Virus record (IMG/VR): IMGVR_UViG_2029527005_000001
Coordinates: 70,183 to 94,605 of that record
Length of the DNA: 24,423 nucleotides
Source: a virus
Strand: one strand, 5' to 3'
The notes under the pieces were generated by a model that worked only from the letters and a program-made list of their open reading frames with translations, was not told the origin of the DNA and ran no database searches. The first letter of the stretch is position 1; every line of letters starts with the position of its first letter. Position numbers and translations under genes: made by a program. Positions 1 to 8,527 of the stretch are shown here, one piece after another.

Positions 1-679
1 CTTCAAGCCCCTGCAGCATGGTGGCAAAGTGATCGAGCTGCTCTGTGCCTTCTACTTCATCCGGTTCAAAGCTTTCAGTGTGATCGGTGTCTTTGGCAGA
101 GAGATCTGTAGGAACCTCTTTGACGTTGCAGCCAAAATGTTCACCAACACCCACTTCACTTCCGTACTTGGAGATCATGAAGGTGCAGACGATTTGTGCC
201 AGCGTAGCCAAGAACACTAAGCGGTCAGCAGCCTCATTCAGCGCGTTGTAGTCTTTGCCCTCATTGACAAACAAACAGTACATGTCTTTGAGTTCAACCA
301 GTGCCGACTTCAACACATCCAGCCCTAAACGTTCAGTGTAGGTAAGATCAGCATTCCCCAGTGCACAGATCGTTGCCGAAGCTTTGATCGGATCAATGAG
401 CTTGTTTGACTCAATGATGTTCTGAAGATAATTGCTAATACCTTTGTTGGTGTGTTGTAATCCTGTTAAATAATCCAGTGCATTATCAGCGGTAATACAG
501 ATCAGTGAAGTGAGTTGTTGCTTACACACCTTCTCATCTTCTACGTTGATATAATCTGCATCTTTCTTGATAATATCACGAACATTATTAAACATCTCAT
601 GAGTACCAATAATGGCTCTCTCATCATTACTTAAACTAATAACTAAATTAAGTAATTTAAATATAGTAACCCCTTCCAT
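1..679 (-). CDS. Partial CDS (runs off the left edge), hypothetical, probably a virion head protein with a propeptide
   Basis: Missing from the ORF track because its stop lies outside the window. Hand translation from ATG 679 (GGAGG upstream) gives MEGVTIFKLLNLVISLSNDERAIIGTHEMF...EPDEVEGTEQLDHFATMLQGLE, open for 226 codons. It has an acidic stretch with G-x-E motifs (GTE, GLE) like the neighbouring head proteins. Confidence 0.8.
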   Translation of the reverse strand, partial: MEGVTIFKLLNLVISLSNDERAIIGTHEMFNNVRDIIKKDADYINVEDEKVCKQQLTSLICITADNALDYLTGLQHTNKGISNYLQNIIESNKLIDPIKASATICALGNADLTYTERLGLDVLKSALVELKDMYCLFVNEGKDYNALNEAADRLVFLATLAQIVCTFMISKYGSEVGVGEHFGCNVKEVPTDLSAKDTDHTESFEPDEVEGTEQLDHFATMLQGLE

Positions 680-743
680 CCCCCGGCCTCCACCAGTATT
701 GACATTAAGTTCATATTGCAGTTAAAAAACAATTCACACAGAA

Positions 744-776
744 TACCAAGCTGCAGGGTTTCCCCTGCAGCTGGTA
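744..776 (-). terminator. Stem-loop, probable terminator after the 865-1749 gene and micro-ORF
   Basis: AGCTGCAGGG (749-758) pairs with CCCTGCAGCT (763-772); the loop reads GAAA on the minus strand; TACCA/TGGTA extends the stem with a bulge. U-tract is weak. Confidence 0.7.
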
Positions 777-778
777 AT

Positions 779-865
779 TTAACGGAGCTTACGACGATAA
801 CCCCCACCTGTGCTGTAATTGGGTTCTACAGCAATACGCGACGTATCGTAATCAGGCCCAGGCAT
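779..865 (-). CDS. 28-aa micro-ORF (MPGPDYDTSRIAVEPNYSTGGGYRRKLR), or -1 frameshift extension of the upstream gene
   Basis: The ATG overlaps the upstream stop (TAATG at 863-867). The ORF fills the gap exactly up to the hairpin. Confidence 0.4.
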   Translation of the reverse strand: MPGPDYDTSRIAVEPNYSTGGGYRRKLR

Positions 866-1749
866 TATGCCTTTTTTGCGAAGTAGCTCGGAGTGAGTTT
901 ATCCACAACGCCGGTCACGAATGAACGGAAAGAGGACTTCAGCTGCTGAATGGAAGTATAGGACTTCATAACTTCTTTCAGCGACGCCAGTTTCTCTTTG
1001 ATTTCCGCAGACGCGTTTTCACCCGCAGATTTCACTTTGCTTTCCAGCTTCTCGATCTCGGCCATGGTTTTAGAAGCCAGAGCTTTAACCTGAGAAGACA
1101 TCACGCTACGGAAATCACGGAAGTACATGGCCCACAGCGTCATTTTGATTGACACAGCCAGCGCGATGCCGCGACCCTGTTTCTTGGCCGCTTCAACGCC
1201 TTTCTCGGTGATCTCAACCATTTTCTCCAGCGCAGCATCCAGCTTCTCTTTCAGCTGTTTGTCTTCCGCATAGATCTTGGCTGCCTGCACACCCTGTTCA
1301 ACCTTGGCTTTGATGCTCTTGCCAATGTTAGCCGCTTTATCAGCTGCGCTGTCGATAGCACCGCGCGCCGCTTCAGTCAGCTCAGCAGTAGAAGGAAGCT
1401 TGGCCAGCAGCGCCTTGTCTTTTTCCACCGCACTGTTTTTCTCAGTATCTTTCTCTTCAGATTCTTTCCCGAAGAAAAAGTTCCAAATGCCTTTAAAGAC
1501 ATTTTTAACGTAGGTGATGGACTTCGCGAAGCCAGCCTTCACCGAGGTCCACACAGATTCGTTACCGTGGATAGCGTACGGTGACAGCATGTCTGCACCA
1601 CACATTGCGCCAGCCAGGTATTTCACTGCGTAGCTTTCAGTTCCGTCGATGGCGTCGATGCTGCCCTGAATGATAAGTGACTCGTGGGTGTCATCCAGGT
1701 CTGCCGGGGATTCGTCCAACACCAGGTCGATAACGTCGTCGTCTTGCAT
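865..1749 (-). CDS. Putative inner-head/ejection protein, about 294 aa, with acidic propeptide and coiled coil
   Basis: Start re-called at ATG 1749 (MQDDDVID...); the ORF-track start 1866 overlaps the upstream gene. Acidic N-terminus, GTE-38 and GNE-64, then amphipathic SVWTSVKAGFAKSITYVKNVFKGIWNFFFG and a Lys/Ala/Glu-rich helical body. Confidence 0.75.
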   Translation of the reverse strand: MQDDDVIDLVLDESPADLDDTHESLIIQGSIDAIDGTESYAVKYLAGAMCGADMLSPYAIHGNESVWTSVKAGFAKSITYVKNVFKGIWNFFFGKESEEKDTEKNSAVEKDKALLAKLPSTAELTEAARGAIDSAADKAANIGKSIKAKVEQGVQAAKIYAEDKQLKEKLDAALEKMVEITEKGVEAAKKQGRGIALAVSIKMTLWAMYFRDFRSVMSSQVKALASKTMAEIEKLESKVKSAGENASAEIKEKLASLKEVMKSYTSIQQLKSSFRSFVTGVVDKLTPSYFAKKA

Positions 1750-1788
1750 AATTTTTTTCCATGTGAAAGTTAATAGGTGGGGTGTAAA

Positions 1789-1797
1789 CATAAAATC
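1789..1797 (-). promoter_or_regulatory. Candidate late promoter GATTTTATG
   Basis: Exact 9-mer also at 7582-7590 and 20248-20256. Lies 40 nt upstream of ATG 1749 and contains the TATG core of phiKZ late promoters. Confidence 0.55.
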
Positions 1798-2260
1798 AGC
1801 AAATAACCGAAAACGCACCTTTGAAGTACGGACAGTCGGTGAATTCGACGTGAAGCTTGTTATCAACCTTGGACAAAGTGACTTCGGTGTTGGTCACCAT
1901 AGGAAGACCTAAGACACTCATGAGAACATCAAAACTTTCCAGTAAGTTGTCTGACGTCAGCATGTCGTTTTGATCCGGCACAAGCACCGAGTCATCTTCA
2001 AACACGGTGTCACCCAACTCTTGCAGGGTCACGTCCTCAACAATACTGCCACGCAGATAACTCAGATCAATATCTAAGGTATCCAGGAAGCTCAGGTCGA
2101 TTTTGTCCCCGCGGATAAAACGAGAGCGACATGCCGTGTCTACCACAACGTAGCTTTCACTGGTGAGGTTGTGCAGCGTAGGGGCAACAAAACTTTGCTC
2201 GTTACTGGCCTTTAACACGCAGCGCGTGAACTGACCAGGCGTTACGCGTATGATCTTCAT
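1796..2260 (-). CDS. Hypothetical protein, 154 aa, possibly a small beta-rich virion protein
   Basis: The ATG lies in the last codons of the upstream gene. Acidic, with a beta-strand-like C-terminus (KLHVEFTDCPYFKGAFSVIC). No recognisable family. Confidence 0.7.
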   Translation of the reverse strand: MKIIRVTPGQFTRCVLKASNEQSFVAPTLHNLTSESYVVVDTACRSRFIRGDKIDLSFLDTLDIDLSYLRGSIVEDVTLQELGDTVFEDDSVLVPDQNDMLTSDNLLESFDVLMSVLGLPMVTNTEVTLSKVDNKLHVEFTDCPYFKGAFSVIC

Positions 2261-3330
2261 TTAAATGCTTTCCCCATGATGTCATGCGCCGCGGTATCCG
2301 CCTGCTGAATCGCCGTCATAACGTGTTTAATAAACGCAATGAAGTTAACCAGGCTGCGGAATGCTGCTGCCATTGCGTACGCCTCTGCCTTGCCAATGCC
2401 CTGGAGATCTTTCTCTTCCTTAATCTTGACATTAAACAGCGAGCCTTCGTTTTTGGAGATTTCAGCCAGACGAACCAGGTTGTTAGAAGTTTTCTCCAGC
2501 TTGTCAACCAAGCCATCGAATTTCCCTTCTGACACCATGAACTTGCTTTCGCCGGTAACTTCGGTTTGCTTCACAGGATTAAGCGTAAACGTGATGGCGT
2601 TATCTTTGTCTTTGGCAACAACTGCCCACAACGCCCCAACAATGCGGAATTCGCCGCTACCGAGCTTACCTCCCAAGTGTGTCGCGACAGCCGCACCAAA
2701 ACGCTCTACATCACTCACAGCGACCTTTTTATCCTGCACTTTGGCAAAGAGGTCTTTAGCAGCGGTAAAGGTCTTAATGGTGCCGTCTGTGCGGTTTACC
2801 AGGTTGTCCAGTTCTTTGCCCAACCAGTCCAGGTTAGCAGGGAACGACTTAAAGCGTTTGCTGTCAATCAAGCTTTTGGCATTGGACGGATATTTCAATT
2901 CAGTATCGTAATTGATCTCTCCGGCTTTTACTTTTGCTTCCAGCTTGTTGAAATCTGTTTTAGAACGCGTACCAAAACCAAAGAAGGTTTCCGCCAGCCA
3001 CTTGAAGAAGTTACCGATCATGCTGAGGAAACGTTTGATCAATGACCATACCGTGCTGAACAGTCCTTCACTGCCGTTTACTTCAGCCGGTGCATCAGGA
3101 AGCAGGGAAGCAACACGCAAGTAGAGCTGTTCAGTGCCGTCACGCTCTTCCTCAGGCTTTTGTTCAATCTCTGCAGCCTTGTCCTTGATACTTTTACTGT
3201 CACCGTCCAGGAACGCATCTACAGCCTTCTTGTCGGTTTGATAGAGCAGTTCAACGGTAGGTGTGTTTACGTAACGCGTAATCGCAGCCTTTTGAGTACC
3301 CTTATCGAAGTCTTTAAAAATAGAAGTCAT
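2257..3330 (-). CDS. Putative inner-head/ejection protein, 357 aa (phiKZ internal head protein family-like)
   Basis: GAGG upstream. GTE-67 and GSE-88 are followed by amphipathic GLFSTVWSLIKRFLSMIGNFFKWLAETFFG, the same architecture as 3427-4674. Confidence 0.75.
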   Translation of the reverse strand: MTSIFKDFDKGTQKAAITRYVNTPTVELLYQTDKKAVDAFLDGDSKSIKDKAAEIEQKPEEERDGTEQLYLRVASLLPDAPAEVNGSEGLFSTVWSLIKRFLSMIGNFFKWLAETFFGFGTRSKTDFNKLEAKVKAGEINYDTELKYPSNAKSLIDSKRFKSFPANLDWLGKELDNLVNRTDGTIKTFTAAKDLFAKVQDKKVAVSDVERFGAAVATHLGGKLGSGEFRIVGALWAVVAKDKDNAITFTLNPVKQTEVTGESKFMVSEGKFDGLVDKLEKTSNNLVRLAEISKNEGSLFNVKIKEEKDLQGIGKAEAYAMAAAFRSLVNFIAFIKHVMTAIQQADTAAHDIMGKAFK

Positions 3331-3351
3331 AAATAAAAAAACCTCAAGTCA

Positions 3352-3381
3352 ATACTAACCCGGGTTGCCCCGGGTTAGTAT
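3352..3381. terminator. 13-bp perfect stem-loop between the 415-aa and 357-aa genes
   Basis: ATACTAACCCGGG / CCCGGGTTAGTAT; the loop reads GCAA (GNRA) on the minus strand. The adjacent T-run (3383-3388) is on the plus strand. Confidence 0.7.
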
Positions 3382-3426
3382 CTTTTTTCAAAGCACGGTC
3401 ACGAAGACCCGCGCGGTCGACACAGC

Positions 3427-4674
3427 TTAGATGTGCGCAGCAACGCCGTCGATCAGAGCTTCCAGGACGTTAGACGCCAGAGAAGTTGCAGAACGAGTCA
3501 GAGATGCAGAAGACGCAGCAACGGCTTTAACCAGTGCAACTTTGTCAGCGGTATCTTTGTCGTCTTTGCTCGCAGCAGCGTTGATGTAGCCAACCAGTTT
3601 GTCACGCTTAGCAGCGGCGAACTTCTGATCAACTTTGCCGTTTTCCAGCTTGGTGATCTGGTTGCCGATACCGGTCAGAACGGTTTTCAGCGCGCCAGCG
3701 TTGGTGATTTTCGGAGCAGCTTCGCCAGAGGTCAGTTTGCTGAAGTTGTCAGCTTTGACAGTCTTCATGCTCAGAGCACGCGCCAGGCCAGCAGCTTTCT
3801 TCAGATCAGACGCTTCGCCTTCGCCAGTGTGCAGAACCACACGGATACCAGCGATCTGTGCAACCAGCTGACCTTTCTCGTCTTTGCTCGCGCCAGCAGC
3901 AGCGATTTTAGATTTCAGGCCGTTGGTCAGAGCTTTGTATGCGGTAGCGAATTCAGCCAGGGTGATTTCACCGTCCAGCAGGTTAGCGTACGCGCCCAGC
4001 GGTGCAGAAACTTCAGCCAGCTCAGAAGCTTTACCGGTCAGACCTTTGGCTTCGTAATCAACGTAGCCGTTCCAGCCGCCCAGCTTGACTTTCTCTTTCA
4101 GCTTCAGGCCTTCTTTGCTCAGATCAGCCTGCAGACCTTCGATGCGACGTTTCATGGCTTTGTTCTTGTTGAACAGGCCGATGAAGAAGTTCACAACGGT
4201 GTTGAAGATCTTCTTGATGAAAGCGATAACTGCAGCGCCAGCGCCTTTCACTTTATCCATGAAGCCTTCCATGCCGTCGCGCGCCAGAGAAGAGGCAGTA
4301 GAGGCATCGTACAGATCTTCTGCGCCCATACGCGGAGCAGCAGTTTCCGGTGCGCCGCCCAGACGACGATCGGTGATTTTGTACGCCTGGTTGTACAGAG
4401 AAGCAAACGCGCGGCCGTCGAAGTTGCCGGAAGCCAGCATGGACTCCATACCTTCAACCAGGTCCTGAACTTCTTCAGTCGCTTCCTGGATGTCGCAAAC
4501 CTGCTCAGAGACTTCTTCCAGAACTTCGCCCTGCTCCTGGATTTCGGCGTTCGCTTCAGCGACTTCAGCACGGATTTCAGAAACGGTTTCTGCTACTGCT
4601 TCCAGAGTACCCTGTGCGCCTTCTTCGTTCAGGCCCAGATCTTCAGTACCCGCATACAGTGATGGATTAAACAT
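3427..4674 (-). CDS. Major inner-head/ejection protein, phiKZ gp93 / SPN3US gp53-like internal head protein family, 415 aa
   Basis: Strong AAGGAG RBS and marked codon bias suggest high expression. Glu-rich ~136-aa propeptide with GTE-11, GME-77, GAE-119 and GME-136, then GFMDKVKGAGAAVIAFIKKIFNTVVNFFIGLF. This architecture is typical of the family. Confidence 0.8.
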   Translation of the reverse strand: MFNPSLYAGTEDLGLNEEGAQGTLEAVAETVSEIRAEVAEANAEIQEQGEVLEEVSEQVCDIQEATEEVQDLVEGMESMLASGNFDGRAFASLYNQAYKITDRRLGGAPETAAPRMGAEDLYDASTASSLARDGMEGFMDKVKGAGAAVIAFIKKIFNTVVNFFIGLFNKNKAMKRRIEGLQADLSKEGLKLKEKVKLGGWNGYVDYEAKGLTGKASELAEVSAPLGAYANLLDGEITLAEFATAYKALTNGLKSKIAAAGASKDEKGQLVAQIAGIRVVLHTGEGEASDLKKAAGLARALSMKTVKADNFSKLTSGEAAPKITNAGALKTVLTGIGNQITKLENGKVDQKFAAAKRDKLVGYINAAASKDDKDTADKVALVKAVAASSASLTRSATSLASNVLEALIDGVAAHI

Positions 4675-4719
4675 GTAAAACTCCTTGGAGATTTTTTACT
4701 TAAGTAAAAGTTTATTTAA

Positions 4720-5712
4720 TTAAATAACTTTCGATAACACACCTAAGACGTCTTGGATGTATTTATCGACGTAGCTCACCACGCGTGGAGTGAAACCACT
4801 ATAAAATGCTAATGCGTGAGCATTGCCTTTTAAGATGGACTCGGCTTCAGAGATAATCTGAGAACCTACGTTAGTTGTTTCACTTAAACCTTTGCTAGCT
4901 TCTTCTACAACAGAAGACCAGCTTTTAACAAAATCAAGATAATCAGCATAAGATCCTTTAACCTGCAAATGCAGATCATTGAGCTTGGCAACTTTTGCCA
5001 GGACCGACTGAACATCAGACTTAGAAGCTTCGAGGGTGTGAGACTCACCAGCGGGCTTGTCTCCAGACATAGAATATACTACGTCTTTGTCTGTAAACTT
5101 ACACTTGACGACCTTTCCACCCGGCAAGACCTCTGACAGCATCCATTCACCGTTCTTGTGAGGAAGCTTGTATTCAGGGTAATGAAGCCCTTCAAACTCC
5201 CGCACGACGTTCATGACGTCATTGGTGCTCTTTACGCCTTTGAGCTTACGTGCCACAACCAATTCACGACTGAGGTGATCTTTGACATCGTTGGCGTGCT
5301 TCTTAAAGCCTTCCAACGTTTTGATCAACTCATCCAGGTCGGAGCCAAAGTCGTCCCACTGACCAGTGCTGGTCAACGCTGCAACCTGTGCGCCTGAAAA
5401 AGTAAAGCTATATGATTCTTCACCTTTCATCGCGCTGGGGATTTTGGCAATCAGAGACTTGTTGCTGTCAAACGTTTTCGACAGTTGAGCACCCGCACCA
5501 CGAATGCCTTTGTCCAACAGATCCAACGCCTGCCCACCTACCCACTTAGCCACTGACAACGTACCCGCTCCCAGTGACTTCATGGATTCACCGAAGTCTT
5601 CGTTGCCGTTGCGCACGCTTAAAGAGTACGCACCCTGAAGAGGCTGCAGTGAATCAAGCAGCTCAAGGTGTTGTTGACGACAGGCGACATACAACTCTTT
5701 AAGCTTGGCCAT
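4720..5712 (-). CDS. Putative inner-head protein, 330 aa (internal head protein paralog)
   Basis: TAATG-coupled to the upstream gene. GNE-38 is followed by an amphipathic helix. The SEVLPGGK motif resembles SVELMGGR in the upstream paralog. Confidence 0.75.
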   Translation of the reverse strand: MAKLKELYVACRQQHLELLDSLQPLQGAYSLSVRNGNEDFGESMKSLGAGTLSVAKWVGGQALDLLDKGIRGAGAQLSKTFDSNKSLIAKIPSAMKGEESYSFTFSGAQVAALTSTGQWDDFGSDLDELIKTLEGFKKHANDVKDHLSRELVVARKLKGVKSTNDVMNVVREFEGLHYPEYKLPHKNGEWMLSEVLPGGKVVKCKFTDKDVVYSMSGDKPAGESHTLEASKSDVQSVLAKVAKLNDLHLQVKGSYADYLDFVKSWSSVVEEASKGLSETTNVGSQIISEAESILKGNAHALAFYSGFTPRVVSYVDKYIQDVLGVLSKVI

Positions 5713-7028
5713 TAGCTCACCGATTTCGCGAAGTTGATGGAGTCATTGCACAGGCTGGCAATGGCGTTCAGGGTAATCACCAGGTAACGCGTGAAGTCCG
5801 CATTGAGGTCCAGCAGGTCTTGCTGGTTCTTGCGCACAATCATCGAGTACATCGCCATGATACGGTGCTTGTCCGTTTCATTGATCGGCATCTTGGTGAG
5901 GTTGCTACCGATGATCTCGTAGTCACGCTCAGAGATACGGTGTTTGATGGCTTTGTTGCAGATAGCCAGCCAGTTCTCCAGGATCTTGATAGAGATCGCG
6001 CAGACGTGGCGAATGGTTTCGGCGCCAAAGGTATTGATTTCTTGCTCACGGTCGATGAAATCAATGGATTCACGCTTGTTGAAACGCACGCCCAGATCCT
6101 GTACGCGAGAATCAAACCAGTCGTCGATGGTTTTCACATCTTTGACTTTGATTGGATCTTTCCAGCGGGTATCAATCAGGAAGCGACCGCCCATGAGTTC
6201 CACAGAGCGCAGCTTACGCAGCCACGGCACGGCTTTATCAGAGATATCGATCTTGCACTCGCGGAATGCCGGCACGTTCAGCAGAGGCCCTACCTGCATC
6301 AGAATCTGCACAGCTTCTTCATCAGTACTTACGCCTTCAAAGCGAGAGAAGAACGCCATGATCTGCGTCAGCTCTTTCTCAGAGTAGTCGTAGTAGTTGT
6401 TGGTCAGGGCCGACGTGGTTTTAAACAGATTCAGAATCTGGTTGTACCAATCTTCTTTGACTTCACCCTGAACCTTTAACAGGTTAAACAGACGGGCAGA
6501 AAGGTTGAACTGCTCCAGGCCATCTTTGAAGTCGCCGAGATCTTTACTGGCGCGCTCAATCATCTTGAAACGCGTGATCAAGGACTCGGTGTCTTCCACA
6601 GCCAGCGTATACGCGTCGTGGAAGTTCTGTCCCAGGCGTTTGGTAAAGACCTTGGCGGTTTCCAGTGTGTCGCTCAGGAAGCCCTCACAGGCCGCAATAC
6701 GGCTCAGACGATACTGGCTAGGGCGCAGCGTACGACCGAAGTGTTCAGCGCCGGCAACGCGGTGTGCGTTATAGGTAACTTCGCCGTCATCGATCTCCAC
6801 GACTTTCAGATCACTGAGCTGGCCGTCGATAGTGATGGCATCTTCAGGAGAGATCTCATGGTCCGGGGTGTTTTCCAGAAGACTTTTGATTTCCTGTACG
6901 CGGTTAGTAGCACCCAACACCTGGTTCGTGATGTTGTTGAGGTCACGGCTGTCTTTTACCGTTTCCATCAGCTCCAGTGATTTCACGACAGAAATAGCAG
7001 CCATCTGTTCGTCAAGCTCAGTTGTCAT
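5712..7028 (-). CDS. Putative inner-head protein, about 438 aa (internal head protein paralog)
   Basis: Start re-called at ATG 7028 (MTTELDEQ; GGGAGA upstream). Acidic N-terminus with GAE-95 and ACE-115, then GFLSDTLETAKVFTKRLGQNF. Confidence 0.75.
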   Translation of the reverse strand: MTTELDEQMAAISVVKSLELMETVKDSRDLNNITNQVLGATNRVQEIKSLLENTPDHEISPEDAITIDGQLSDLKVVEIDDGEVTYNAHRVAGAEHFGRTLRPSQYRLSRIAACEGFLSDTLETAKVFTKRLGQNFHDAYTLAVEDTESLITRFKMIERASKDLGDFKDGLEQFNLSARLFNLLKVQGEVKEDWYNQILNLFKTTSALTNNYYDYSEKELTQIMAFFSRFEGVSTDEEAVQILMQVGPLLNVPAFRECKIDISDKAVPWLRKLRSVELMGGRFLIDTRWKDPIKVKDVKTIDDWFDSRVQDLGVRFNKRESIDFIDREQEINTFGAETIRHVCAISIKILENWLAICNKAIKHRISERDYEIIGSNLTKMPINETDKHRIMAMYSMIVRKNQQDLLDLNADFTRYLVITLNAIASLCNDSINFAKSVS

Positions 7029-7539
7029 AGCGGGTTTCTCCCAGAAGTGCCAGCAGAATACGTGACATGTTTTCCATGCCAATCCCGCGCAGCAGGCGAT
7101 AATAATCGAAGTTGGTGATGTTATCAGTCAACGCCATGGAGTTACGAGCAGAGCTCTGCGTGCTGGTGATAAAGCGACGCTCCCACGCTCCCGTGGTATT
7201 GTTGTTGTGGTGAACGATCTCTTCAGCACAACGAATGTCACTGCCGATAGCACGAGCAGAACACTTGTTGTTGAGGTAGAGAACAATCGAACCCACAATA
7301 GAAGCCAGCGGACCGATACCGTTTTTGTAGTTGGCTTCCAGGAAGTCCTGGAAGTTTTCACCGATCAAGCAACGCGCTGCACGCAGCACTTCCTGATAGA
7401 TGATGGGATTGGTTTTCTGGGCGTAGTCCTGCGTAGTACTGTTCAGGAAAGCACGAATCACTTCCTTGGCGGCACTGACATCAGCATTGGTTACGGCACC
7501 ATTAACAAACCCATTTTTAGCGCGTACAAACGTACTCAT
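7018..7539 (-). CDS. Putative virion head protein, 173 aa
   Basis: GAGG RBS; overlaps the next start; lies within the head-protein cluster. Function inferred from synteny only. Confidence 0.7.
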   Translation of the reverse strand: MSTFVRAKNGFVNGAVTNADVSAAKEVIRAFLNSTTQDYAQKTNPIIYQEVLRAARCLIGENFQDFLEANYKNGIGPLASIVGSIVLYLNNKCSARAIGSDIRCAEEIVHHNNNTTGAWERRFITSTQSSARNSMALTDNITNFDYYRLLRGIGMENMSRILLALLGETRYDN

Positions 7540-7581
7540 AGGACAATAACCTCATTAAGAAGGAGGGATGGCGAAAATCAT

Positions 7582-7590
7582 CATAAAATC
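7582..7590 (-). promoter_or_regulatory. Candidate late promoter GATTTTATG
   Basis: Directly after the 7592-7623 hairpin and 43 nt upstream of ATG 7539. Exact repeat of the motif at 1789 and 20248. Confidence 0.55.
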
Positions 7591-7591
7591 A

Positions 7592-7623
7592 CTATTACTG
7601 AGGGAGTGACCCCTCAGTAATAG
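7592..7623 (-). terminator. 13-bp stem-loop after the 297-aa gene
   Basis: CTATTACTGAGGG / CCCTCAGTAATAG, 8 nt after the stop at 7632, followed by TGATTTT on the minus strand. Confidence 0.75.
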
Positions 7624-7631
7624 ATAAACAG

Positions 7632-8525
7632 TTACTGATAGCTCTCAACGATCTTGTTGATGGTACCGGTGTTCTTCACGATCTTCTCGCGGTAAACTTC
7701 GATACGGTGGTCCAGTGACGCGTCGTTGGTGCCGTTTTTCTGGTTGATGGCCTGATTGATCTTCATCGCCAGGAACTCATTGTGCTCCTGTGCGCTGCGG
7801 ATACGCATGAGATCAATCTCGCGCATCAGACTGTCATACCAGTATTTCGGGTTGAGGTAGTGAATACCAAAGCCGCGTGCCAGCTCAGGTTTCTTGCCAC
7901 CCATGCCCAGCATGATGTCCATGCTGTTCTCATCATCCGCATCCAGCTCAGGAATCGCATCGATCTCTTTGATCAGTGCGGTTTTACCTTTCAGCAGGGA
8001 AACGGTGATGTTGCTGTAGTACAGCGCAGAACCGTTCAGGAACATCAGTTCGTTTTTGGTGAGGTACTTATCCACCACGAACCCAGACTTCACCGACATG
8101 CTCAGCAGTACGTCGAGCAGCTTGCTGGAGTAGCGAGCCCAGAAATCCAGCTGTTCAATAGTAGACAGCAGGTAGACCTGACGCACGCTCATGGTTTCCC
8201 CTGCCCAGAGCTCGTCTTTATAAGCCGAGACTTCTTTCTTGAGATAAGCCGTGAGGTTGGTTACAACTTCTGCCACCATCTTCATCGTAGTCAGGGTCGG
8301 GGTAGAGGCGTTGAAGTTAGGGGTAGCTTTCGCGACGTTGTTGGCAATGGACTTGGTGACGGCCCAGCCGGCGCTTTCACTGACCAGCGTTAACCCTTCG
8401 CTTTCCAAACGGTTTACGTTATCGATCAGATCGTGTGCAGAAACATCAACCGTGGAGATCAGGGTCAGGATGTTTTTGCGGCTTACGTTTTTTACGCTTG
8501 AAGCGTATTCACGAATATCAGACAT
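7632..8525 (-). CDS. Putative inner-body protein, phiKZ gp90-like, 297 aa
   Basis: Helical protein with a C-terminal coiled coil (...DASLDHRIEVYREKIVKNTGTINKIVESY). Follows the gp89-like gene, matching phiKZ-like gene order as recalled. Confidence 0.65.
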   Translation of the reverse strand: MSDIREYASSVKNVSRKNILTLISTVDVSAHDLIDNVNRLESEGLTLVSESAGWAVTKSIANNVAKATPNFNASTPTLTTMKMVAEVVTNLTAYLKKEVSAYKDELWAGETMSVRQVYLLSTIEQLDFWARYSSKLLDVLLSMSVKSGFVVDKYLTKNELMFLNGSALYYSNITVSLLKGKTALIKEIDAIPELDADDENSMDIMLGMGGKKPELARGFGIHYLNPKYWYDSLMREIDLMRIRSAQEHNEFLAMKINQAINQKNGTNDASLDHRIEVYREKIVKNTGTINKIVESYQ

Positions 8526-8527
8526 AA

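Noticed and set aside
29-220. 63-aa plus-strand ORF
   Set aside because: Antisense to the longer partial minus-strand CDS 1-679, which has an RBS.
3433-4662. 409-aa plus-strand ORF antisense to the 415-aa head protein
   Set aside because: Antisense shadow produced by strong codon bias; no RBS and non-protein-like composition (Q/F/S/R-rich).
4677-4709. Palindromes CTCCTTGGAG and TTTTACTTAAGTAAAA as an RBS-sequestering hairpin or operator
   Set aside because: Stems are short or AT-only with infeasible loops, and there is no second copy in the window.
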